In this document: positions 23,682-36,982 of the stretch, piece after piece | Layout: each line of letters begins with the position of its first letter | How positions within the stretch are numbered: the first letter of the stretch is position 1 | Source: Eledone cirrhosa | Taxonomy: Eukaryota | NCBI GenBank assembly: GCA_964016885.1 | Contig: OZ024744.1 | Coordinates: 132,246,001 to 132,310,000 of the forward strand | Length of the DNA stretch: 64,000 bases | Direction: 5' to 3' | Position numbers and translations under genes: made by a program | Notes under the pieces: generated by a model | The model's database searches: none | What the model saw: the letters and a program-made list of their open reading frames with translations, nothing else | Told to the model about the DNA's origin: nothing

Positions 23682-25510
23682 AGTCGGAGTTAAGTTAAGT
23701 TGGGGTTAAGCTCAGTTGGGGGTAAGTTAAGTTGGGGGTAAGTTAAATTGGGGTTAAGTTAAGTTGGGGTTGAGTGAAGTTGGGGTTAAGTTAAGTTGGG
23801 GTTAAGTTAAGTTAGGGTTAATTTAAGTTGGGGTTAAGTTAAGTTGGGGTTAACTTAAGTTGGGGTTAAGTTAAGTTGGGGTTAATTTAGGTTGGGGTTA
23901 AGTTAAGTTGGGGTTAAGATAAGTTGGGGTTAAGTTAAATTGAGATTAAGTTAACTTGGGTTTGAGTTAAGTTGGGGATAAGTCAAGTGGTGGTTATGTT
24001 AAGTTGGGGTTAAGTTAAGTTGGGGTTAAATTAAGTTGGGGTTAAGTTAAGTTGGGTGTAAGCTAAGTTGGGGTTGAGTGAAGTTGGGGTTAAGTTAAGT
24101 TGGGGTTAAGTAGAGTTGGGGTTATGTTAAGTTGGGGTTAAGTTAAGTTGGTGTTAAGTTGGGGTTAAGTTAAGTTGGGGTTAAGTTAAGTTGGGGTTGA
24201 GTGAAGTTGGGGTTAAGTTAAGTTGGGGTTAAATTAAGTTGGGGTTAACTTAAGTTGGGTTTAAGTTAAGTTGCGGTTAAGTTAAGTTGGGGTTAAGTTA
24301 AGTTGGGGTTAAGTTAAGTCGGGGTTAAGTTAAGTTGGGGTTGAGTTAAGTTGGGGTTATTTTAAGTTGAGGTTATGTTAAGTTGGGGTTAATTTAAGTT
24401 GGGGTTAAGTTAAGTTGGGGTTAATTTAAGTTGGGGTTAAGTTCAGTTGGGGTTAATTTAAGTTGGGGTTAAGTTAAGTTGGGTTTAAGTTAAGTTGGGG
24501 TTAAGTTAAGTTGGGGTTAAGTTAAGTTGGGTTTAAGTTAAGTTGGGGCTAAGTTAAGTTGGGGTTAATTTAAGTTGGGATTAAGTTCAGTTGGGGTTAA
24601 ATTAAGTTGGGGTTAAGTTAAGCTGGGGTTAAATTAAGTTGGGGTTAAGTTAAGTTGGGGTTAAGTTAAGTTGGGGTTAAGTTAAGTTAGGCTTAATTTA
24701 AGTTGGGGTTAAGTTAAGTCGGGGTTAAGTTAAGTCGGTGTTAAGTTAAGTTAGGGTTAAGTTAAGTTGGGGTTAAGTTAAGTTGGCTTTAAGTTAAGCT
24801 GGGGTTAAGTTAAGTTGGGGTTAAATTAAGTTGGGGTTAAGTTAAGTTGGGGTTAGGTTAAGTTTGGGTTAGGTTAAGTTGGGGTTAAATTAAGTTGGGG
24901 TTAAGTTAAGTTGGGGTTAAGTTAAGTTGGGGTTAGGTTAAGTTGGGGATAAGTTAAGTTGGGGATAATTTAAGTTGGGGTTAAGTTAAGTTGGGTTTAA
25001 GTTAAGCTGGGGTTAAGTTAAGTTGGGGTTAAATTAAGTTGGGGTTAAGTTAAGTTGGGGTTAAGTTAAGTTTGGGTTAGGTTAAGTTGGGGATTAGTTA
25101 AGTTGGGGATAAGTTAAGTTGGGGTTAAGTTAAGTTGGGTTTAAGTTAAGTTGTGGTTAAGTTAAGTTGGGGTTAAGTTAAGTTGGGGGTTAAGTTAAGT
25201 TGGGGTTAGTTAAGTTTAGTTTAAGTTAAGTTGGGGTTAATTTAAGTTGGGGTTAAGTTAAGTTGGGGTTCAGTTAAGTTGGGGATAAGTCAAGTTGGGG
25301 TTAAGTTAAGTTGGGGTTAAGTTAAGTTGGGGTTAGGTTAAGTTGGGGATAAGTTAAGTTGGGGATAAGCTAAGTTGGGGTTAAGTTAAGTTGGGTTTAA
25401 GTTAAGTTGGGGTTAAGTTAAGTTGGGGTTAAATTAAGTTGGAGATAAGTTAAGCTGGGGTTAAATTAAGTTGGGGTTAAGTTAAGTTGGGGTTAGGTTA
25501 AGTTGGGGTT

Positions 25511-25790
25511 AACCCCAACTTAACTTAGCCCCAACTTCACTCAACCCCAACTTAACTTAACCCCAACTTCACTCAACCCCAACTTAACTCAACCCCAACT
25601 TAAGTTAACCCCAACTTAACTTAACCCTAACTTAACTTAACCCCGACTTAACTTAACCCCGACTTAACTTAACCCCAACTTAACTTAACCCCAACTTAAC
25701 TTAACCCCAACTTAACTTAATCCCAACTTGACTTAACCCCAACTTAACTCACACCCAACTTAACTTACCCCCAACTTAACTTAACCCCAA
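25511..25790 (-). repeat. Inverted island of the 16-bp satellite
   Basis: C-rich monomers with an AAAATCGGAGTTACG exit. Confidence 0.93.
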
Positions 25791-26495
25791 AATCGGAGTT
25801 ACGTTAAGTTGGGGTTAAGTTAAGTTAGGCTTAACTTAAGTTGGGCTTAAGTTAAGTTGGGGGTAAGTTAAGTTGGGGGTAAGTTAAGTTGGGGTTAATT
25901 TAAGTTGGGGTTAAGTTAAGTGGTGGTTATGTTAAGTTGGGGTTAAGTTAAGTTGGGGTTAAATTAAGTTGGGGTTAAGTTAAGTTGGGTGTAAGTTAAG
26001 TTGGGGTTGAGTGAAGTTGGGGTTAAGTTAAGTTGGGGTTAAGTAGAGTTGGGGTTAAGTTAAGTTGGGGTTAAGTTAAGTTGGTGTTAAGTTGGGGTTA
26101 AGTTAAGTTGGGGTTAAGTTGGGGTTAAGTTAAGTGGTGGTTATGTTAAGTTGGGGTTAACTTAAGTTGGGGTTAATTTAAATTGGGGTTAAGTTAAGTT
26201 TGTGGTTAAGTTAAGTTGGGGTTAAGTTAAGTTGGGGTTAAGTTAAGTTGGGGTTGAGGGAAGTTGGGGTTAAGTTAAGTTGGGGTTAACTTAAGTTGGG
26301 TTTAAGTTAAGTTGCGGTTAAGTTAAGTTGGGGTTAAGTTAAGTTGGGGTTCAGTTAAGTTGGGGTTAAGTTAAGTTGGGGTTGAGTTAAGTTGTGGTTA
26401 AGTTAAGTTGGGGTTAGGTTAAGTTGGGGTTAAGTTAAGCTGGGGTTAAATTAAGTTGGGGTTAAGTTAAGTTGGGGTTAGGTTAAGTTGGGGTT

Positions 26496-26776
26496 AACCC
26501 CAACTTAACTTAACCCCAACTTAACTTAACCCCAACTTCACTCAACCCCAACTTAACTTAACCCCAACTTCACTCAACCCCAACTTAACTCAACCCCAAC
26601 TTAACTTAACCCCAACTTAACTTAACCCTAACTTAACTTAACCCCGACTTAAACTTAACCCCGACTTAACTTAACCCCAACTTAACTTAACCCCAACTTA
26701 ACTTAACCCCAACTTAACTTAACCCCAACTTAACTCACACCCAACTTAACTTACCCCCAACTTAACTTAACCCCAA
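26496..26776 (-). repeat. Inverted island of the 16-bp satellite
   Basis: C-rich monomers with an AAAGTCGGAG exit. Shares the GACTTAAACTTAA variant with 3372-3669. Confidence 0.93.
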
Positions 26777-29564
26777 AGTCGGAGTTAAGTTAAGTTGGGG
26801 TTAAGTTAAGTTAGGCTTAACTTAAGTTGGGGTTCAGTTAAGTTGGGGGTAAGTTAAGTTGGGGGTAAGTTAAGTTGGGGTTAAGTTAAGTTGGGGTTAA
26901 GATAAGTGGTGGTTATGTTAAGTTGAGGTTAAGTTAAGTTAGGGTTAAATTAAGTTGGGGTTAAGTTAAGTTGGGTGTAAGTTAAGTTGGGGTTGAGTGA
27001 AGTTGGGGTTAAGTTAAGTTGGGGTTAAGTAGAGTTGGGGTTAAGTTAAGTTGGGGTTAAGTTAAGTTGGTGTTAAGTTGGGGTTAAGTTAAGTTGGGGT
27101 TAAGTTGGGGTTAAGTTAAGTGGTGGTTATGTTAAGTTGGGGTTAACTTAAGTTGGGGTTAATTTAAATTGGGGTTAAGTTAACTTTGTGGTTAAGTTAA
27201 GTTGGGGTTAAGTTAAGTTGGGGTTAAATTAAGTTGGGGTTGAGTGAAGTTGGGGTTAAGTTAAGTTGGGGTTAAGTTAAGTTGGGGTTAACTTAAGTTG
27301 GGTTTAAGTTAAGTTGCGGTTAAGTTAAGTTGGGGTTAAGTTAAGTTGGGGTTAAGTTAAGTCGGGGTTAATTTAAGTTGGGGTTGAGTTAAGTTGGGGT
27401 TAATTTAAGTTGAGGTTATGTTAAGTTGGGGTTAATTTAAGTGGGGTTAAGTTAAGTTGGGGTTAAGTTAAGTTGGGGTTAATTTAAGTTGGGATTAAGT
27501 TCAGTTGGGGTTAAATTAAGTTGATGTTAAGTTAAGCTGGGGTTAAATTAAGTTGGGGTTAAGTTAAGTTGGGGTTAAGTTAAGTTGGGGTTAAGTTAAG
27601 TTAGGCTTAATTTAAGTTGGGGTTATGTTAAGTTGGGATTAAGTTAAGTTGGGGTTAAGTCGAGTTGGGGTTAAGTTAAGTTGGGGTTAGTTAAGTTGAG
27701 TTTAAGTTAAGTTGGGGTTAATTTAAGTTGGGGTTAAGTTAAGTTGGGGTTCAGTTAAGTTGGGGTTAAGTTAAGTTGGGGTTAAGTTAAGTTGGTTTAA
27801 GTTAAGTTGGGGTTAGGTTAAGTTGGGGATAAGTTAAGTTGGGGATAAGCTAAGTTGGGGTTAAGTTAAGTTGGGTTTTAGTTAAGTTGGGGTTAAGTTA
27901 AGTTAGGCTTAACTTAAGTTGGGGTTAAGTTAAGTTGGGGGTAAATTAAGTTGGGGGTAAGTTAAGTTGGGGTTAAGTTAAGTTGGGGTTAAGTTAAGTG
28001 GTGGTTATGTTAAGTTGGGGTTAAGTTAAGTTGGGGTTAAATTAAGTTGGGGTTAAGTTAAGTTGGGTGTAAGTTAAGTTGGGGTTGAGTGAAGTTGGGG
28101 TTAAGTTAAGTTGGGGTTAAGTTAAGTTAGGGTTAATTTAAGTTGGGGTTATGTTAAGTTGGGGTTAAGTTAAGTTGGGGTTAAGTAGAGTTGGGGTTAA
28201 GTTAAGTTGGGGTTAAGTTAAGTTGGTGTTAAGTTGGGGTTAAGTTAAGTCGGGGTTAAGTTAAGTTGGGGTTGAGTTAAGTTGGGGTTAATTTAAGTTG
28301 AGGTTATGTTAAGTTGGGGTTAATTTAAGTTGGGGTTAATTTAAGTTGGGGTTAAGTTAAGTTGGGGTTAAGTTAAGTTGGGGCTAAGTTAAGTTGGGGC
28401 TAAGTTAAGTTGGGGCTAAGTTAAGTTGGGGTTAAGTTAAGTTGGGGTTAAGTTAAGTTGGGTTTAATTTAAGTTGGGGTCAACTTAAGTTGGGGTTAAG
28501 TTGAGTTGGGGCTAAATTAAGTTGGGGTTAATTTAAGTTGGGGCTAAGTTAAGTTGGGGCTGAGTTAAGTTGGGGTTAAGTTAAGTTGGGGTTAAGTTAA
28601 GTTGGGGTTAAGTTAATTTTGGGTTAAGTTAAGTTGTGGTTCAGTTAAGTTGGGGTTAATTTAAGTTTGGGTTAATTTGGGGTTAAATTAAGTTGGGGTT
28701 AAGTTAAGTTGGGGTTAACTTAAGTTGGGGTTAAGTTAAGTTGGGGTTAATTTAAGTTGGGGTTAAGTTAAGTCGGGGTTAAGTTAAGTCGGTGTTAAGT
28801 TAAGTTAGGGTTAAGTTAAGTTGGGGTTAAGTTAAGTTGGCTTTAAGTTAAGCTGGGGTTAAGTTAAGTTGGGGTTAAATTAAGTTGGGGTTAAGTTAAG
28901 TTGGGGTTAGGTTAAGTTTGGGTTAGGTTAAGTTGGGGTTAAATTAAGTTGGGGTTAAGTTAAGTTGGGGTTAAGTTAAGTTGGGGTTAGGTTAAGTTGG
29001 GGATAAGTTAAGTTGGGGATAAATTAAGTTGGGGTTAAGTTAAGTTGGGTTTAAGTTAAGCTGGGGTTAAGTTAAGTTGGGGTTAAATTAAGTTGGGGTT
29101 AAGTTAAGTTGGGGTTAAGTTAAGTTTGGGTTAGGTTAAGTTGGGGATTAGTTAAGTTGGGGATAAGTTAAGTTGGGGTTAAGTTAAGTTGGGTTTAAGT
29201 TAAGTTGTGGTTAAGTTAAGTTGGGGTTAAGTTAAGTTGGGGGTTAAGTTAAGTTGGGGTTAGTTAAGTTTAGTTTAAGTTAAGTTGGGGTTAATTTAAG
29301 TTGGGGTTAAGTTAAGTTGGGGTTCAGTTAAGTTGGGGATAAGTCAAGTTGGGGTTAAGTTAAGTTGGGGTTAAGTTAAGTTGGGGTTAGGTTAAGTTGG
29401 GGATAAGTTAAGTTGGGGATAAGCTAAGTTGGGGTTAAGTTAAGTTGGGTTTAAGTTAAGTTGGGGTTAAGTTAAGTTGGGGTTAAATTAAGTTGGAGAT
29501 AAGTTAAGCTGGGGTTAAATTAAGTTGGGGTTAAGTTAAGTTGGGGTTAGGTTAAGTTGGGGTT

Positions 29565-29844
29565 AACCCCAACTTAACTTAGCTCCAACTTCACTCAACC
29601 CCAACTTAACTTAACCCCAACTTCACTCAACCCCAACTTAACTCAACCCCAACTTAAGTTAAACCCAACTTAACTTAACCCTAACTTAACTTAACCCCGA
29701 CTTAACTTAACCCCGACTTAACTTAACCCCAACTTAACTTAACCCCAACTTAACTTAACCCCAACTTAACTTAATCCCAACTTGACTTAACCCCAACTTA
29801 ACTCACACCCAACTTAACTTACCCCCAACTTAACTTAACCCCAA
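29565..29844 (-). repeat. Inverted island (HOR copy 1)
   Basis: C-rich monomers, AGCTCCAAC variant. Confidence 0.93.
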
Positions 29845-32800
29845 AATCGGAGTTACGTTAAGTTGGGGTTAAGTTAAGTTAGGCTTAACTTAAGTTGGGC
29901 TTGAGTTAAGTTGGGGGTAAGTTAAGTTGGGGGTAAGTTAAGTTGGGGTTAATTTAAGTTGGGGTTAAGTTAAGTGGTGGTTATGTTAAGTTGGGGTTAA
30001 GTTAAGTTGGGGTTAAATTAAGTTGGGGTTAAGTTAAGTTGGGTGTAAGTTAAGTTGGGGTTGAGTGAAGTTGGGGTTAAGTTAAGTTGGGGTTAAGTAG
30101 AGTTGGGGTTAAGTTAAGTTGGGGTTAAGTTAAGTTGGTGTTAAGTTGGGGTTAAGTTAAGTTGGGGTTAAGTTGGGGTTAAGTTAAGTGGTGGTTATGT
30201 TAAGTTGGGGTTAACTTAAGTTGGGGTTAATTTAAATTGGGGTTAAGTTAAGTTTGTGGTTAAGTTAAGTTGGGGTTAAGTTAAGTTGGGGTTAAGTTAA
30301 GTTGGGGTTGAGGGAAGTTGGGGTTAAGTTAATTTGGGGTTAACTTAAGTTGGGTTTAAGTTAAGTTGCGGTTAAGTTAAGTTGGGACTAAGTTAAGTTA
30401 GGGCTAAGTTAAGTTGGGGTTAAGTTAAGTTGGGGCTAAGTTAAGTTGGGTCTAAGTTGAGTTGGGGTTAAGTTAAGTTGGGGTTAAGTTAAGTTGGGGT
30501 TAAATTAAGTTGGGGTTAATTAAGTTGGGGTTATGTTAAGTTGGGGTTAAGTTAAGTTGGGGTTAAATTAAGTTGGGGTTAAGTTAAGTTGGGTGTAAGT
30601 TAAGTTGGGGTTGAGTGAAGTTGGGGTTAAGTTAAGTTGGGGTTAAGTAGAGTTGGGGTTAAGTTAAGTTGGGGTTAAGTTAAGTTGGTGTTAAGTTGGG
30701 GTTAAGTTAGGGCTAAGTTAAGTTGGGGTTAAGTTAAGTTGGGGCTAAGTTAAGTTGGGTCTAAGTTGAGTTGGGGTTAAGTTAAGTTGGGGTTAAGTTA
30801 AGTTGGGGTTAAATTAAGTTGGCGTTAATTAAGTTGGGGTTAAGTTAAGTTGGGGTTAACTTAAGTTGGGTTTAAGTTAAGTTGCGGTTAAGTTAAGTTG
30901 GGGTTAAGTTAAGTTGGGGTTAAGTTAAGTCGGGGTTAATTTAAGTTGGGGTTGAGTTAAGTTGGGGTTAATTTAAGTTGAGGTTATGTTAAGTTGGGGT
31001 TAATTTAAGTTGGGGTTAAGTTAAGTTGGGGTTAAGTTAAGTTGGGGTTAATTTAAGTTGGGATTAAGTTCAGTTGGGGTTAAATTAAGTTGATGTTAAG
31101 TTAAGCTGGGGTTAAATTAAGTTGGGGTTAAGTTAAGTTGGGGTTAAGTTAAGTTGGGGTTAAGTTAAGTTAGGCTTAATTTAAGTTGGGGTTATGTTAA
31201 GTTGGGATTAAGTTAAGTTGGGGTTAAGTCGAGTTGGGGTTAAGTTAAGTTGGGGTTAGTTAAGTTGAGTTTAAGTTAAGTTGGGGTTAATTTAAGTTGG
31301 GGTTAAGTTAAGTTGGGGTTCAGTTAAGTTGGGGTTAAGTTAAGTTGGGGTTAAGTTAAGTTGGTTTAAGTTAAGTTGGGGTTAGGTTAAGTTGGGGATA
31401 AGTTAAGTTGGGGATAAGCTAAGTTGGGGTTAAGTTAAGTTGGGTTTTAGTTAAGTTGGGGTTAAGTTAAGTTAGGCTTAACTTAAGTTGGGGTTAAGTT
31501 AAGTTGGGGGTAAATTAAGTTGGGGGTAAGTTAAGTTGGGGTTAAGTTAAGTTGGGGTTAAGTTAAGTGGTGGTTATGTTAAGTTGGGGTTAAGTTAAGT
31601 TGGGGTTAAATTAAGTTGGGGTTAAGTTAAGTTGGGTGTAAGTTAAGTTGGGGTTGAGTGAAGTTGGGGTTAAGTTAAGTTGGGGTTAAGTTAAGTTAGG
31701 GTTAATTTAAGTTGGGGTTATGTTAAGTTGGGGTTAAGTTAAGTTGGGGTTAAGTAGAGTTGGGGTTAAGTTAAGTTGGGGTTAAGTTAAGTTGGTGTTA
31801 AGTTGGGGTTAAGTTAAGTCGGGGTTAAGTTAAGTTGGGGTTGAGTTAAGTTGGGGTTAATTTAAGTTGAGGTTATGTTAAGTTGGGGTTAATTTAAGTT
31901 GGGGTTAATTTAAGTTGGGGTTAAGTTAAGTTGGGGTTAAGTTAAGTTGGGGCTAAGTTAAGTTGGGGCTAAGTTAAGTTGGGGCTAAGTTAAGTTGGGG
32001 TTAAGTTAAGTTGGGGTTAAGTTAAGTTGGGTTTAATTTAAGTTGGGGTCAACTTAAGTTGGGGTTAAGTTGAGTTGGGGCTAAATTAAGTTGGGGTTAA
32101 TTTAAGTTGGGGCTAAGTTAAGTTGGGGCTGAGTTAAGTTGGGGTTAAGTTAAGTTGGGGTTAAGTTAAGTTGGGGTTAAGTTAATTTTGGGTTAAGTTA
32201 AGTTGTGGTTCAGTTAAGTTGGGGTTAATTTAAGTTTGGGTTAATTTGGGGTTAAATTAAGTTGGGGTTAAGTTAAGTTGGGGTTAACTTAAGTTGGGGT
32301 TAAGTTAAGTTGGGGTTAATTTAAGTTGGGGTTAAGTTAAGTCGGGGTTAAGTTAAGTCGGTGTTAAGTTAAGTTAGGGTTAAGTTAAGTTGGGGTTAAG
32401 TTAAGTTGGCTTTAAGTTAAGCTGGGGTTAAGTTAAGTTGGGGTTAAATTAAGTTGGGGTTAAGTTAAGTTGGGGTTAGGTTAAGTTTGGGTTAGGTTAA
32501 GTTGGGGTTAAATTAAGTTGAGGTTAAGTTAAGTTGGGGTTAAGTTAAGTTGGGGTTAGGTTAAGTTGGGGATAAGTTAAGTTGGGGATAAATTAAGTTG
32601 GGGTTAAGTTAAGTTGGGTTTAAGTTAAGCTGGGGTTAAGTTAAGTTGGGGTTAAATTAAGTTGGGGTTAAGTTAAGTTGGGGTTAAGTTAAGTTTGGGT
32701 TAGGTTAAGTTGGGGATTAGTTAAGTTGGGGATAAGTTAAGTTGGGGTTAAGTTAAGTTGGGTTTAAGTTAAGTTGTGGTTAAGTTAAGTTGGGGTTAAG

Positions 32801-33133
32801 TTAAGTTGGGGGTTAAGTTAAGTTGGGGTTAGTTAAGTTTAGTTTAAGTTAAGTTGGGGTTAATTTAAGTTGGGGTTAAGTTAAGTTGGGGTTCAGTTAA
32901 GTTGGGGATAAGTCAAGTTGGGGTTAAGTTAAGTTGGGGTTAAGTTAAGTTGGGGTTAGGTTAAGTTGGGGATAAGTTAAGTTGGGGATAAGCTAAGTTG
33001 GGGTTAAGTTAAGTTGGGTTTAAGTTAAGTTGGGGTTAAGTTAAGTTGGGGTTAAATTAAGTTGGAGATAAGTTAAGCTGGGGTTAAATTAAGTTGGGGT
33101 TAAGTTAAGTTGGGGTTAGGTTAAGTTGGGGTT

Positions 33134-33413
33134 AACCCCAACTTAACTTAGCTCCAACTTCACTCAACCCCAACTTAACTTAACCCCAACTTCACTCAAC
33201 CCCAACTTAACTCAACCCCAACTTAAGTTAAACCCAACTTAACTTAACCCTAACTTAACTTAACCCCGACTTAACTTAACCCCGACTTAACTTAACCCCA
33301 ACTTAACTTAACCCCAACTTAACTTAACCCCAACTTAACTTAATCCCAACTTGACTTAACCCCAACTTAACTCACACCCAACTTAACTTACCCCCAACTT
33401 AACTTAACCCCAA
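33134..33413 (-). repeat. Inverted island (HOR copy 2)
   Basis: C-rich monomers, AGCTCCAAC variant. Confidence 0.93.
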
Positions 33414-36400
33414 AATCGGAGTTACGTTAAGTTGGGGTTAAGTTAAGTTAGGCTTAACTTAAGTTGGGCTTGAGTTAAGTTGGGGGTAAGTTAAGTTGGG
33501 GGTAAGTTAAGTTGGGGTTAATTTAAGTTGGGGTTAAGTTAAGTGGTGGTTATGTTAAGTTGGGGTTAAGTTAAGTTGGGGTTAAATTAAGTTGGGGTTA
33601 AGTTAAGTTGGGTGTAAGTTAAGTTGGGGTTGAGTGAAGTTGGGGTTAAGTTAAGTTGGGGTTAAGTAGAGTTGGGGTTAAGTTAAGTTGGGGTTAAGTT
33701 AAGTTGGTGTTAAGTTGGGGTTAAGTTAAGTTGGGGTTAAGTTGGGGTTAAGTTAAGTGGTGGTTATGTTAAGTTGGGGTTAACTTAAGTTGGGGTTAAT
33801 TTAAATTGGGGTTAAGTTAAGTTTGTGGTTAAGTTAAGTTGGGGTTAAGTTAAGTTGGGGTTAAGTTAAGTTGGGGTTGAGGGAAGTTGGGGTTAAGTTA
33901 AGTTGGGGTTAACTTAAGTTGGGTTTAAGTTAAGTTGCGGTTAAGTTAAGTTGGGACTAAGTTAAGTTAGGGCTAAGTTAAGTTGGGGTTAAGTTAAGTT
34001 GGGGCTAAGTTAAGTTGGGTCTAAGTTGAGTTGGGGTTAAGTTAAGTTGGGGTTAAGTTAAGTTGGGGTTAAATTAAGTTGGGGTTAATTAAGTTGGGGT
34101 TATGTTAAGTTGGGGTTAAGTTAAGTTGGGGTTAAATTAAGTTGGGGTTAAGTTAAGTTGGGTGTAAGTTAAGTTGGGGTTGAGTGAAGTTGGGGTTAAG
34201 TTAAGTTGGGGTTAAGTAGAGTTGGGGTTAAGTTAAGTTGGGGTTAAGTTAAGTTGGTGTTAAGTTGGGGTTAAGTTAGGGCTAAGTTAAGTTGGGGTTA
34301 AGTTAAGTTGGGGCTAAGTTAAGTTGGGTCTAAGTTGAGTTGGGGTTAAGTTAAGTTGGGGTTAAGTTAAGTTGGGGTTAAATTAAGTTGGGGTTAATTA
34401 AGTTGGGGTTAAGTTAAGTTGGGGTTAACTTAAGTTGGGTTTAAGTTAAGTTGCGGTTAAGTTAAGTTGGGGTTAAGTTAAGTTGGGGTTAAGTTAAGTC
34501 GGGGTTAATTTAAGTTGGGGTTGAGTTAAGTTGGGGTTAATTTAAGTTGAGGTTATGTTAAGTTGGGGTTAATTTAAGTTGGGGTTAAGTTAAGTTGGGG
34601 TTAAGTTAAGTTGGGGTTAATTTAAGTTGGGATTAAGTTCAGTTGGGGTTAAATTAAGTTGATGTTAAGTTAAGCTGGGGTTAAATTAAGTTGGGGTTAA
34701 GTTAAGTTGGGGTTAAGTTAAGTTGGGGTTAAGTTAAGTTAGGCTTAATTTAAGTTGGGGTTATGTTAAGTTGGGATTAAGTTAAGTTGGGGTTAAGTCG
34801 AGTTGGGGTTAAGTTAAGTTGGGGTTAGTTAAGTTGAGTTTAAGTTAAGTTGGGGTTAATTTAAGTTGGGGTTAAGTTAAGTTGGGGTTCAGTTAAGTTG
34901 GGGTTAAGTTAAGTTGGGGTTAAGTTAAGTTGGTTTAAGTTAAGTTGGGGTTAGGTTAAGTTGGGGATAAGTTAAGTTGGGGATAAGCTAAGTTGGGGTT
35001 AAGTTAAGTTGGGTTTTAGTTAAGTTGGGGTTAAGTTAAGTTAGGCTTAACTTAAGTTGGGGTTAAGTTAAGTTGGGGGTAAATTAAGTTGGGGGTAAGT
35101 TAAGTTGGGGTTAAGTTAAGTTGGGGTTAAGTTAAGTGGTGGTTATGTTAAGTTGGGGTTAAGTTAAGTTGGGGTTAAATTAAGTTGGGGTTAAGTTAAG
35201 TTGGGTGTAAGTTAAGTTGGGGTTGAGTGAAGTTGGGGTTAAGTTAAGTTGGGGTTAAGTTAAGTTAGGGTTAATTTAAGTTGGGGTTATGTTAAGTTGG
35301 GGTTAAGTTAAGTTGGGGTTAAGTAGAGTTGGGGTTAAGTTAAGTTGGGGTTAAGTTAAGTTGGTGTTAAGTTGGGGTTAAGTTAAGTCGGGGTTAAGTT
35401 AAGTTGGGGTTGAGTTAAGTTGGGGTTAATTTAAGTTGAGGTTATGTTAAGTTGGGGTTAATTTAAGTTGGGGTTAATTTAAGTTGGGGTTAAGTTAAGT
35501 TGGGGTTAAGTTAAGTTGGGGCTAAGTTAAGTTGGGGCTAAGTTAAGTTGGGGCTAAGTTAAGTTGGGGTTAAGTTAAGTTGGGGTTAAGTTAAGTTGGG
35601 TTTAATTTAAGTTGGGGTCAACTTAAGTTGGGGTTAAGTTGAGTTGGGGCTAAATTAAGTTGGGGTTAATTTAAGTTGGGGCTAAGTTAAGTTGGGGCTG
35701 AGTTAAGTTGGGGTTAAGTTAAGTTGGGGTTAAGTTAAGTTGGGGTTAAGTTAATTTTGGGTTAAGTTAAGTTGTGGTTCAGTTAAGTTGGGGTTAATTT
35801 AAGTTTGGGTTAATTTGGGGTTAAATTAAGTTGGGGTTAAGTTAAGTTGGGGTTAACTTAAGTTGGGGTTAAGTTAAGTTGGGGTTAATTTAAGTTGGGG
35901 TTAAGTTAAGTCGGGGTTAAGTTAAGTCGGTGTTAAGTTAAGTTAGGGTTAAGTTAAGTTGGGGTTAAGTTAAGTTGGCTTTAAGTTAAGCTGGGGTTAA
36001 GTTAAGTTGGGGTTAAATTAAGTTGGGGTTAAGTTAAGTTGGGGTTAGGTTAAGTTTGGGTTAGGTTAAGTTGGGGTTAAATTAAGTTGGGGTTAAGTTA
36101 AGTTGGGGTTAAGTTAAGTTGGGGTTAGGTTAAGTTGGGGATAAGTTAAGTTGGGGATAAATTAAGTTGGGGTTAAGTTAAGTTGGGTTTAAGTTAAGCT
36201 GGGGTTAAGTTAAGTTGGGGTTAAATTAAGTTGGGGTTAAGTTAAGTTGGGGTTAAGTTAAGTTTGGGTTAGGTTAAGTTGGGGATTAGTTAAGTTGGGG
36301 ATAAGTTAAGTTGGGGTTAAGTTAAGTTGGGTTTAAGTTAAGTTGTGGTTAAGTTAAGTTGGGGTTAAGTTAAGTTGGGGGTTAAGTTAAGTTGGGGTTA

Positions 36401-36702
36401 GTTAAGTTTAGTTTAAGTTAAGTTGGGGTTAATTTAAGTTGGGGTTAAGTTAAGTTGGGGTTCAGTTAAGTTGGGGATAAGTCAAGTTGGGGTTAAGTTA
36501 AGTTGGGGTTAAGTTAAGTTGGGGTTAGGTTAAGTTGGGGATAAGTTAAGTTGGGGATAAGCTAAGTTGGGGTTAAGTTAAGTTGGGTTTAAGTTAAGTT
36601 GGGGTTAAGTTAAGTTGGGGTTAAATTAAGTTGGAGATAAGTTAAGCTGGGGTTAAATTAAGTTGGGGTTAAGTTAAGTTGGGGTTAGGTTAAGTTGGGG
36701 TT

Positions 36703-36982
36703 AACCCCAACTTAACTTAGCCCCAACTTCACTCAACCCCAACTTAACTTAACCCCAACTTCACTCAACCCCAACTTAACTCAACCCCAACTTAAGTTAA
36801 ACCCAACTTAACTTAACCCTAACTTAACTTAACCCCGACTTAACTTAACCCCGACTTAACTTAACCCCAACTTAACTTAACCCCAACTTAACTTAACCCC
36901 AACTTAACTTAATCCCAACTTGACTTAACCCCAACTTAACTCACACCCAACTTAACTTACCCCCAACTTAACTTAACCCCAA
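36703..36982 (-). repeat. Inverted island (HOR copy 3)
   Basis: C-rich monomers, AGCCCCAAC variant. Confidence 0.93.

Noticed and set aside
23505-23690. De novo telomere addition onto a broken AT block
   Set aside because: The strand following the AT block is C-rich, the wrong polarity for telomerase extension, and it carries variants shared with other islands.
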